The notes under the pieces: generated by a model
The model's input: only the letters and a program-made list of their open reading frames with translations
What the model was told of the DNA's origin: nothing
Databases searched by the model: none
Source: Podarcis erhardii
Taxonomy: Eukaryota
Reading direction: 5' to 3' (one strand)
Length of the DNA stretch: 64,000 bases
Assembly (NCBI GenBank): GCA_964252035.1
Contig: OZ176200.1
Shown: positions 39,111 to 51,400 of the stretch, piece after piece
How the letters are laid out: every line of letters starts with the position of its first letter
Numbering within the stretch: position 1 is the stretch's first letter
Translations under genes and position numbers: made by a program

Positions 39111-42100
39111 ATAATGAGGATAAAAGTGCCACAAGTATCAGGATAACATGGCTGCTATGGGCATGGGGAGGATGTTGGGATTTCAGTCTCACATCGCTGA
39201 TGTAACATGATATCCATGTTGACATTCCTGTACTGTTGTGTACTGTTATGCATGAGAACAGAAGTGAGCATCTGTAACTTCCGCTGTTTGTTCTCTCTCT
39301 CTGCTCTCGCAAAAGAGAGATGTGTGTGAGGCACTCAGCTCACACTAGCTATGCTTTGTTGTTTTAATTCGCTGTAAATAATAAAAGAAATTCGGAGTGC
39401 TACATATCTGACAGTCTGCTTCCTGCTGATACTCTGCTGCAGCCCTGGGAGGGGTATTTTTAACTTCCCCTCACAGGGGGGCTGCCAATAGGAAGGTGTC
39501 AGTCAGGGGTCAGCAAACCTTTTCATCAGGGGGCCAGTCCACTGTCCCTCAGACCTTGTGGAGGGCCAGACTATATTTTTTGGGGAAAATATGAACGAAT
39601 TCCTATGTCCCACAAACAACCCAGAGATGCATTTTAAATAAAAGCACACATTCTACTTATGTAAAAACACGCTGATTCCTAGACCGTCCGCAGGCCGGAT
39701 CCGGCCCCCAGGCCTTAGTTTGCCTACCCATGGTGTCAGTCCTCCATACTAGTGACTACTGCCACCATGTTTGCTTTTTGTTACTTCACATTGTGCAACT
39801 GCAACACTTGAAAGTTGTCTGGAATTAGAGGTGGGTTAGGAGAAAAGAGCCAAGATTGATGGAGCAGGCTGGGGGAGGGGAAGGATTCAGTTCCACTCAC
39901 CCTTGTATCCCACCATTTGACACCCCCCCCCACTTTATTTTATACCTTATATTACGTTTAGCTGTGCCCAAACATAAATGGTACTCACATCACTCTGGAG
40001 ATCATAGGCCTTTCTAGCTTGGATGACGTCATTCTGATCTGGAAGGCAGGTCCACTGGTGCAGATAATGACGGTAATCAATATCACTGACCAACTTCTGG
40101 CAATTCTTGGCGTGCAACACTTCCAACATGTCCACAGGGCTAATATACTTAGTCTTCCATTTCTCAAAGTCCTTCTTATACTCCCTCTCACTCTGCATTT
40201 TGGCTACATTCATAGAATGCACAAGTTTCGGGTCATCTTGCACACTGCGTGCTCCAATGTGGTGCCCAAGTTGTTTGCGATAGCCTTCTTTGTATTTGTA
40301 CTGAAATAGATATACATGTGTAAATTGTCTACCCATAAGATTATTCATCAGATAGCTGCACTGGAAAATCCCACATTCTGAGAGGACTGTGACAGTATTT
40401 TCCCCATCTAGATAGCATCTTTCTTCCTTATCTTTTTGCCACTTCATTTTTCTATTTCCTCATACAGGTTCTATAATAATCTTTAAAGATTTGTTTCCTT
40501 TAGGAAGGTATTTTTAATATTATTCATGAATCTTTTAAAAATGGACCAGTCATTCTGTTTTGTGTTGTTTTCAGAAGGGGCAGGTTTAAAGAAAAACAAC
40601 AGGGGGGAAAAACAAAACAAATGCGAGCATTAGCCAAATCTAAGTGTAAGCTTGAATGACAAGCCTGGGTTCCATGCCAAAGTTCCATGCAATTCCTGGC
40701 ACTGTGGTCTAAACCACTTAGCCTAGGGCTTGCCAATTGGAAGGTAGATAAATAGGTACCGCTCTGGCAGGAAGGTAAACGGTGTTTCCGTGTGCTGCTC
40801 TTCACCAGAAGCGGCGTAGTCATACTGGCCACATGACCCGGACAAACTGTATGCGGACAAACACCGGCTCCCTCGGCCAGTAAAGTGAGATGAGTGCCAC
40901 GACCCCAGAGTCATTCGCGACTGGACTTAACTGTCAAGGGTCCTTTACCTTTACCTTTTAGCTGTCAACATACTGCCACATACTAGGAATAAAGTGTAAC
41001 TATTTTATTTTACGGATTCAGGCATGCTTTGGATTCCACCATCACCAGTTTGGGCACTTGTGAAAACCTAACATATTCAACGAATATTCCTATTAATGAT
41101 GATTGACTATATCAATAAAATGGGGGAAGCTATTTAGTCCATCTAAATCTATCCAAAGCATCACAAGAGTAGCTGTATCAGCTGTGATAAATGAGGGATT
41201 CACATATCACAGCCTTTTCAACAATTCAAACCAGAAAACAAAAATCCACCTATTCAGTAACTGAGCCATAGAAAAATGATATTTTTTAAAAAAAGTAATA
41301 GGGGAAGTGGGTTAGGAAGATGCAATTCCTATTACATGACAGCATCTGACAACTTATGAACAGAACTACTCACTTCGCTTGCAATGTCTCTTGAAGCTTT
41401 AGCAGCCTTGATTGGAATTGCATCTGCACGAAGATCATAACCCTTTCTCCTGGCCTCTTCCAATGAAAGTTTGTATAATTTCTAAAAGAATGGCAAAGAT
41501 TGGTTTAATGTTTAAAAATAGAGCACTTGTTATTATTCTAAATTGGTTTTCTACCAACGATTTTGAAGACATTACTTACATCACTATAGTTGATCTTGTT
41601 CTGCTGTGACAATATAATTTCAGGAGTATCTGGCATAATGTGAATGGTAGTTTTATCCTTGTTCCATGCATCAATATACTTGCGCTGAAAAAATAGTAAA
41701 AAATAGTAAAAAAAGAGAGTAAATAAATTATTTGATAAAGGTAGCAGCTGCCAAAAATGGTAATTCATTCATTCATTCATTTGTTTGTTTCTAAAATCTC
41801 TTAGAAGCCCTTTACAATCATAAAACTGATAAAACTGTTGAAGGTTCCAAATTGCCTCCAAGGGCAGCCCCACATAGAGAAAATTGCCGTAATCCAATCT
41901 GGAAGTTACCAGAGCATGGAGTACTGTGGCCAAGTCTTCTTTGTAGTTGGGCCGTAGTTGGCATACCAGCTGTAGATGTAAATGAACTCCTAGGCACTGA
42001 GGCTACTTGGGCCTCCACTGACAGAGATAGGTCCAGAACATCACAATGCTTGCACCTGCTCCTCCCAGAGGAACTTTGGATACATAACACCCTCATCTTT

Positions 42101-45100
42101 TCCTGGTTCCACTTCAATTTATTGACCAGCATCTAGTCCAGTCATAGGCAAACTCAGCCCTCCAGATGTTTTGGGACAACAACTCCCATCATCCCTAGCT
42201 AGCAAGACCAGTGGTCAGGGATGATGGGAACTGTAGTCTCAAAACATCTGGAGGGCCGAGTTTGTCTATGCCTGATCTAGTCCATTACCACCTCCAAGCA
42301 CCAGGCTAGCACTTCAGTTTCCTCTCGTGCTTCAGATGGAACAGAGAGCAATAGCTTGGTGCCCTCCACATATTATTGGTATTTCACTCCAAATCTCCTG
42401 TTCAGAGGGGTCCCAACTGTTTGCATATATATATTAATTAACAAGACGGGGGAAATGCTCATGGTACTAAACAAAGCCCATCATATCCACTTTCTGGAAA
42501 TGGCTCTGATTCAACCAGTATGAAAATGGTTGCTGAAAGAGTATGAAAATAAGAATGAATGGAATGTGCCTTCTTAGCACAAAAATGAAACTCTTAATTA
42601 GTTAATTAGGGTCAGATAACAATCAGAGAGATAAATAGTTATAATGATAAAATCACTAGGCAAATTCTCAAAGTGATCAGAGCCTGCATATTCCCAGTCA
42701 CAGCATTGCTAAACCAGCCAGATTTCTTTATATATTTGCTCATATGAGTTTTAAGGAAGGGGTATGAATGAAACTCACATGGTCCATAACTTCAGAATTA
42801 TGCTTTGCCAAAGCCATAGGCATAGAATCAATGGGACTTGTGAATTTGAATTTGTCAGGATGCTGTCTGTAGATGTAGTCACTCAAGATCTGAGAGGCTC
42901 TCTTATTCTTCTCAGCTTCCAAGGAACCACTTGGAGTCCAGCCAATGCCCTTTAGCCATTCAAGATCTGCTTTATACATATTCTGTTTGAAAAGAAACAA
43001 GCAGGGAGGACAATAGTTCCATGAAAACCTTCCATTACAGTTGAGGACTTTTGCCTTCACAAATTATAATCCACATCAACTAAAGAGACTATTGTTACAC
43101 CGTCAATTTGTGTCAGCACAGATTAAGCAAGCAATAACGTTTCAATTTTTTTTACTCTTTTAATATCTAGTACGCATGCTATCTAAACAGAATGCAGCTA
43201 TTAGGCTGATGAGTGGGGCAGCCCAATCGAACCATCTGCCATCAATCCTGAAGACACTTCACTGGCTGCCAGTGAGCTGCTGGGCCCAATTCAAGGTGTT
43301 TGTACTAACATACAAAGCCCAAATGGCTTGAGACCCAAGTACCTAAAGGAGCGCTTCCCTGATTTCAACAATCTCGGGTCCTATAACTGGCAGGGGATTC
43401 CCTGCTGGTGCTGCCTTCGGTGGGTGCTAAACTGTTGGTGATGCCTGGTCTCAGGGCTTCCTTGGTAGTGGCTCCCCCTTTGTGGAGCAAACCTCAGCAG
43501 AAAGCCAAATGTACATCCCACAGAAAGGTGTTCTGGACCTCTGGAGAAGTAATCAATCTTTGTTTCAAGATTCCGTCGCAATTATAATTGTCTGCTGTTT
43601 AGAGAAAGGCTTTCTTCACACAGAAAATGGTGGTTCAAATCCGCTTGCCCTGGGATAATCTAATGTTTAAAACGCTTTTTCTTATAAAGATACTCACATC
43701 GCTCTGAAGTTCGTATGTTTTCCTGGCATGCACAACATCATTCTGATCTGGCAGGCACGTCCACTGGTGCAAATAATGACGGTAATCGACATCACTGACC
43801 AGTTTCTGGCAATTCTTAGCATGCAAGACCTCCAGCATATCCACAGGGGTGGTATATTTGGTCTTCCATTTCTCAAAGTCTTTCTTATACTCCCTCTCAC
43901 TCTGCATTTTGGCTACATTAATAGAATGCACAAGTTTTGGGTCGTCTTGCACACTGCGTGCTCCAATGTGGTGGCCAACTTGCTTGCGGTAGCCTTCTTT
44001 GTATTTGTACTGGAGGGGAAAGAAATATATGTGCATACTATAAATCATCTACCCAGAAGACTGCTTGTTGCCAGGCAATTTCTCAGTTTCTGTACTTATA
44101 CAGAATATGATTCACGAATCTATTAAAAAACGGACCTGTTATTCTGTGTTTTTTATTTTTTCAGAAAGGGACAGCTTTAAAGAAAAACAACATTAAAAAA
44201 ATATGTGAGCATGAACCAAACCTAGGTGTAGGCTTCCTGGTATATCTGGGTTGGAAGACAGGTAAAGTTTCATATACCCGCTAGCTTACCACATGTGGGT
44301 GCCACATACTGGGAACTTAGTGAAACTATTTTATTGGAAGGACTGAGGGACATTTTGGATTCTGCCATCAGCATCTGCAGGCAGGCACTTGCAAAAACTT
44401 AATGTATTCAATGATTATTCCTGTTTATGATAACTGACAATATCGATAACACAGGGGTACTATTTAGCCTATTTGGGACTATTTACTATTAAGGGAAGTG
44501 GTTTGGGAAAATGCAATGCCTATTACATAACAGCATCTGACAACTCATGAACAAAACTACTTACCTCGCTTGCGATATCTCTTGAAGCTTTAGCGGCCTT
44601 GATTGGAATTGCATCTACACGAAGATCATAACCCTTTCTCCTGGCCTCTTCCAATGAAAGTTTGTATAATTTCTTAAAAAAGAATGGCAAAGATTGATTG
44701 TGTGTTTAAAAACAGGGCACTTGTATTTCTTCTAAATTGGTTCTCTACTAAATTTTTAATTTTTTTTTTACTTACATCACTATAGTTGATCTTGTTCTGC
44801 TGCGACAGTATAATTTCAGGAGTATCTGGCATGATATGAATGGTGGTTTTATCCTTGTTCCATGCATCTATATACTTGCGCTGAAAACAACAACCAGTAA
44901 ATAAATTATTTGATGAAGGCAGCAGCAACCAAGAATGGCAATTTGTTTGCTTCCAACATTTATCAGAAGTCCTTCAACATAACATCATAGTCATAAAACA
45001 GATAAAACAGTTGAAGTTTCCAATTTGTCCTCATGCCCACATAGAGCACGTCACAATAATCCAGACTGGAAGTTACCAGAGCATGGAGTATTGTGGTCAG

Positions 45101-48100
45101 GTCTTCCACCATCTCCAAGCACCAGTCAATCTCCTCTCGTGCTTTGGATGAAACAGAAAGAGATTGATGGGTACATTCCACATATTAGTGGTATTTCACT
45201 TCAAATCTCCTGGTGACAGGTCTGAAGATTTCAGATAGATATTAAATAACATATGGGGGGGAACACTCATGTTGTCAAACAATGCCCTCCCCATAACTAC
45301 TTTCTGGAAATGGCCTTAATCCAACATGTATGAAAACCAATACTTTGCTACAAAATGGTTGCTACCGGGTATGAAAATAAGAATGAATGGAATGTGCCTC
45401 CTTAGCACAAAAATGAAACTCTTAATTAGTTAATTAGGGCCAGATAACAATCATAGAGATAGTTATAATGATAAAATCACAAGGCAAATTCTCTAAGTGG
45501 TCAGAGCCTGCATATTCCCAGTCACAGCATTGCTAAACCAGGCACATTTCTTTATATATTTGCTCATATGAGTTTTAAGGAAGGGGCATGAATGAAACTC
45601 ACATGGTCCATAACTTCAGAATTATGCTTTGCCAAAGCCATAGGCATAGAATCAATGGGACTTGTGAATTTGAATTTGTCAGGATGCTGTCTGTAGATGT
45701 AGTCACTCAAGATCTGAGAGGCTCTCTTATTCTTCTCAGCTTCCAAGGAACCACTTGGAGTCCAGCCAATGCCCTTTAGCCATTCAAGATCTGCTTTATA
45801 CATATTCTGTTTGAAAAGAAACAAGCAGGGAGGACAATAGTTCCATGAAAACCTTCCATTACAATTGAGGATTTTTCCTTCACAAATTATAATCCACATC
45901 AACTAAAGAGACTGTTCTTACACTGTCAACTTGTGTCAGCACAGATTAAACAAAAGAAACAAACTTTTTCAACTTTTTTTTTACTCTTTTAATATATAGT
46001 ATGCATGCTATCTAAATAGAATGCAGCCATTAGGTTGATGAGCAGGGCAGCCCAATAGAACCATCTACTACCAATCCTGAAGGGGATGAGTTAGGACCAC
46101 TTTCTTGCTCACCATTAGGTGGGACCTAGGCTTTGGGCTATGACTTGGCATACCCCTTGGAACAGGCAGGTCCCTCAAGGTTGAAGTTAGCTTCCCACTC
46201 TTCTGACTTATGAATAATATGTTCCCTCATTTGACCCATCACTCCGGTCTCACCTTTTTGTTCTAAGATCCAGGCACAATTATCATTATCTGCTGTTTAG
46301 AGACAGGCTTTTCCCCCATGAGGAATTGTGAATAAAATCCACTAACCCTGGGATAGTCTCATGCTTAAAAGCTTTTAAGAAAAAGTAAGATACTTACATC
46401 GCTCTGAAGTTCATATGTTTTCCTGGCATGCACAACATCATTCTGATCTGGCAGGCATGTCCATTGGTGCAGATAATGACGGTAATCGACATCGCTGACC
46501 AGCTTCTGGCAATTCTTTGCCAGTAAGACTCCAAGCATATCCACAGGGCTGGTATACCTGGTCTTCGATTTTTCAAAGTCTTTCTTATACTCTCTTTCGC
46601 TCTGCATCTTGGCTACATTCATAGAATGCACAAGTTTTGGGTCATCCTGTATGCTGCGTGCTCCAACATGGTGGCCAAGCTGCTTGCGATATCCATCTTT
46701 GTACTTGTACTGTGGGAAAGAGAAAATTATTTTCACTAACTTCTCATTCTAATTACATTAAGAGGTGCTCGTCTATTTATAAAGGTCTTATCAAACAATC
46801 ATCCCTCCAAAACTTGATTTCTCAGGACATCCTAACTTATATAATCAGGCGTTTCAGCTCAAATGGTTGGGCATGACCAACAGTCATTTAAGAGTTTATG
46901 GAATCAAAGCAATATTGTGTGATTGTAGCATTGTAAAACATTAAGCAAAATTTAACCATCCTTCTGTGTTAAGGTTTGCCTGTCTAAACCAAAATGGCAA
47001 GATGTACCCAGGATCTCAGAAGGTCCTGGGTACATCTGCAGGACCCAAAGTGAGCTATTCCAGGGGTGTGTCGGGGACAGGCTTGGATGTGCATGAACCT
47101 AAGCTGTCATTGTTATCCTGATGCACACACAAAAGGGCCTCTTAGCTACACCAGCCCTGGAGCTGTTAAAATTAATAGCTTTCCATTATCTGCAACTGGG
47201 GGTGGGAAGGTAACAAACAAACAAAAGGATGAAAAAGTTGCCAACCCATCCCACTGAGCCAATAGGGCTATGGGTGTGGCAGATCTCCTCCCAGGTATAT
47301 AAGATTACCCCACCCATAAGCAAAGTATTTATTAAACCATTAATACAAATAATTTAACATGGAGTTCCTTCTACCAATAGACCTCTCTCTCTGCCAGCAC
47401 AGCAGCACTTCTGCCTCTTCCTGTTTCTCCTTCAGACTGCCTCAGAGCCAGAGGGAGCTTTGAATTGCTCCCTAACAGGACATATTTTTTATTCATAAAG
47501 GGAACGTATCATATATATCTATATCTCTGAACGTTGATTCAAGATAGCATTACAATTTACAAAAGAGAAATAAAAGAGAAGCTGAAGCCAGGCTTTGATT
47601 TACATTCATTTTATATGTGTTCAAAATCTGACACTTTTCAAATCACAATTCATTCATTTCAGCTATTATAACGATTATACGAAGCACTACAATTATTTTT
47701 GGGAAACTTCGAAACTATTTTCCCCCTTAAGTTTTAGTTGATAAATATATAAAAAAAAAATACAAGAAAATCAGTGTGTGCACTTATGTGTAACTAAATG
47801 TATATACATATGCAAACACATCCCTTAGAAAGTTCACGTTAACAATGTGCCGAATCAAAGATTAAATAAGCAGCATTGCCATTTTGCTGTTAACCAGCAG
47901 AATGAAATACTTACTTCACTGGCAATATCTCGAGATGCTTTCGCAGCCTTGATTGGTATGGCATCGAGTGGAAGGTCATAGCCTTTCCTTATCAATTCTT
48001 CAAATCCTAACTTGTAGAGTTTCTAATGAGAGAACCATCAGAAAGTTAATCGCTGTGGAAGCCCAGCAAGAAAACAGACCACTCAAACACCCTCTTGTGC

Positions 48101-48356
48101 TATCCAGCATCAAACTTACATCGCTCGTGTTAATTAAGTTGGCTCTGGACAGGATAATTTCGGGAGTGTCAGGCATAATGTGGATATGAGTCTTGTCCTT
48201 ATCCCATGCTTCTCTGTAAAGTTTCTAGAAAGAATGGAAAGAGAGTGAATAATAATAATAATAATAATAATATGCCAGTAAGAATAAATATCAACTTCAG
48301 CACAGTACAAAAGTACATCAAGCCAATGTGAAATGTTGGGCAGGCCATTGCCCATG

Positions 48357-48404
<48 letters not shown>

Positions 48405-51400
48405 TTATTTATACCCCACCCATCTGGCTGGGTCCCCCCAGCCACTCTGGGCGGCTTCCAACAAAACACTAAAATACAATACAGTGGTGCCCCGCAAGAC
48501 GAACGCCTCACAAGACGGAAAACCCGCTAGACGAAAGGGTTTTCCGTTTTGGAGGCGCTTCGCTAAACGAATTTCTCTATGGGGTTGCTTCGCAAGACGA
48601 AAAAATCTTGCGAGTTCCCGCGTTTCCCCTCCCCGCTTTTTTCCGCCCTTTCCCTAAGCGCTAAGCCGCTTGTCAGCTGTTCCGCTGATAAGCCGCTTCT
48701 CAGCTGATCGCTAAAAGCCGGTAGACCGCTAATAGCGCTAATCCGCTAAGCTGTCAATGGGCTTGCTTCGCAAGATGAAAAAACTGCTAGACGAAGAGAA
48801 TCGCGGAACGGATTAATTTCGTCTTGCGAGGCACCACTGTAACCTATTAAACATTAAAAGCTTCCCTAAACAGGGCTGCCTTAAGATGTCTTCTAAAAGT
48901 TTGGTAGTTATTTTTCTCTTTGACATCTGATGGGAGGGTGTTCCACAGGGCGGGCACCACTACCAAGAAGGCCCTCTGCCTGGTTCCCTGTAACCTGGCT
49001 TCTCGCAGCGAGGGGACCGCCAGAAGGCCCTCGGCGCTGGATCTCAGTGTCCGGGTTTGAACAATAGGGGTGGAGACGCTCCTTCAGGTATACTGGACCA
49101 AGGCCGTTTAGGGCTTTAAAGGCCAGCACCAACACTTTGAATTGTGCTCAGCGTTCCATGGCACGTTGTGCAAAACTTTGTGAAAGAGACTGTGCTGTGC
49201 TAGCAGGTGCAGCGCAAGGTCTTGTGCTCCCATGCACCTTGAGACATTGCTGAATACCTGGTACACATAGGAGCTAACTCCTAGGGCTGAGGTCCCTTCG
49301 TCCATCCCCCCAATAAAATATTTGAGGGGGTTAGGGCCCCCAAAGATGATGGACATTGTCATTCAAATTGTGTGTGCGCACTGTGTCATGTGATTATCAG
49401 GGGTGGGGCTTACCTCCCCCCCCCGACAATATTTTATCCAAATTGGCACCCCTACTGGTGCCAGAGACTGTAAAATGCCTTGTTGTGGGGTGAGTCAGGG
49501 AGGAGGGTTGCTCAGTACTTAAACCCATGTAATTATATCCTCCTTCACAGGATTACAGGCTTACGGGGCGGGGACATCATTTTCCTAAATAAATCCCTAG
49601 GCCCAGAAACTTCCCTTTTTATGCCAAATTCATCAAACTGAAAACAAAAATAAAAATGCACTTATCAAAATTGCTACAGAATCCTATGCATGTTCACCTG
49701 AAGCAAACTCCAAGCAAAAAAGGAAGGTACTCTTGAACTAATTAAGGCTGCGGTCCTGAACATGCTCCCTAGAGAGCCCTGTTAAATACAGTGGGGACTT
49801 ACGTCTGAGTAAACATGCATTGGATGTGCTGCAAAGCAGTTAACTATGCTATAGGGCATGACTCACTCACTCACTCCTCCCAACCACCATTCACAGCCAT
49901 TATTCCCACTGCTGACACCTGCTCCTCGAGAGCAGCACACACTTGTGCTGAGAACACTTACATCGCTCCTATGCTTGGCATTTTCCTTTGCCAAAACCAC
50001 CTCCATTGAATCAGGGATACTTGTGAATTTAACGGTGTCTGGAGGCTGGCGATATTTCTTTTCACTCAGAATCTCAGAAGCCTTCTTGTTCTTTTCCGCT
50101 TCTAGAGATCCGTATGAGTTCCATCCAATGCCTTTCAGCCACTCAAGATCTGTTTTGTATGCATTCTAGGAAGGAAGAAAACATATATGAGATCCATTTG
50201 GTATTGCAAATACCACTGAAGAGGATTTTAACTTTTGGTCCTATTCCTATTCCTCCGTCATATGTTGATTATGGGTCCTTGCCTTAGGTATGTCTATCAT
50301 TTGGCTTGATTGTTATTTAAATAAAGCATACAAAGGTTTGCAAAGTTTGAAGACCAAGTACCAGTATGTTTGGCCAAAAATATACATAGTGAGAAGACTA
50401 GCGCAGGAGAGGAGACAAGGGAAACATTGTTTTTAAAGCACCTTAAATCTCAGAAAAGAAGTTTGACAAAAACGAATTAAGAGATTAAACATACTGGGTA
50501 TCAGAAAAGATTGGGAACACACTCCAGAAATAGCAAAAACAAGGATGAACAAGAGCAATAAGAAGTCAGTGAGAATGAAGGATGTAAGCAGGGACCTACC
50601 AGCATTAGGGTAGGTAAGAGACTGAAGGAGACTTGAAATCTGCCTTCACAAACAAATATCATTTCTGATCCCCCATAGCAAGATATGGTTTATAAATACG
50701 ACTTACATCGCTTTGTAATTCATATACTTTCTTAGCATGGATGACATCATTTTGGTCCGGGAGACATGTCCATTGATGCAGAAAATGACGGTAATCGATA
50801 TCGCTGACCAGTTTCTGACAATTCTTAGCGTGCAAGACCTCCAGCATATCCACAGGGCTGATATACTTGGTCTTCCATTTCTCAAAGTCTTTCTTGTATT
50901 CCCTCTCACTCTGTATCTTGGCTACATTCATAGAATGCACAAGTTTGGGGTCGTCCTGTATGCTGCGTGCTCCAATGTGATGCCCCTGTTGCTTGCGGTA
51001 ACCTTCTTTGTACTTGTACTGAAATCACAAACAAAGTTTGTTGCAAAGACAAGAACGACAAAATCCAGAATCGTTAGCAGATCTATCCCAATGGAGGCGC
51101 CATGTCAGAACTGTTTGCAAATGTGGCCTTTCGTGGTTGCTGCTGATTCACAAGCAAAGCGGGTTGCTCATTCACTTGGGAGCAAGCCCCCCTTGAACTC
51201 AGTGGGTCCTACTTGTAAGTAGACATGCCATGATGCTGCTCTAGAAACAGGCAAAAAAAAATCAGCACAGTGGCAGCACTACATTCCCAGCCTGGCATGT
51301 TTTGGTGATGTCGCAGGAACCCCCCCCCCCCAGTCATTCAGTTTGTACAAACTTCACACACACTCACACTCACACTCACACACTACATACGCTACGCTTT

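Larger units (their letters stand above)
40530..43250. repeat. One-super-repeat duplicate; paralog at about 44120-46070
   Basis: Exons 42779/45603, 41580/44776 and 41374/44565 pair up, and the introns align, including a shared L2 relic. Confidence 0.88.
44120..46070. repeat. One-super-repeat duplicate; paralog at about 40530-43250
   Basis: As above; offset 2824 bp at the 204-nt exon. Confidence 0.88.

Noticed and set aside
39037-39475. Possible second solo LTR (TG...CA, aataaa near 39380)
   Set aside because: The only candidate target duplication is a low-complexity ggggg, which is too weak to call.
46960-47480. CCAAT/TATA-containing intronic segment as an LTR or internal promoter
   Set aside because: No matching termini or target duplication found, and motifs alone are not evidence.
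36280-51222. Repeated plus-strand ORFs (36280-36570, 40019-40309, 43728-44126, 50737-51222 and similar) as a second gene family
   Set aside because: They are antisense shadows of the 312-nt NEB exons, and their repetition simply reflects exon paralogy.
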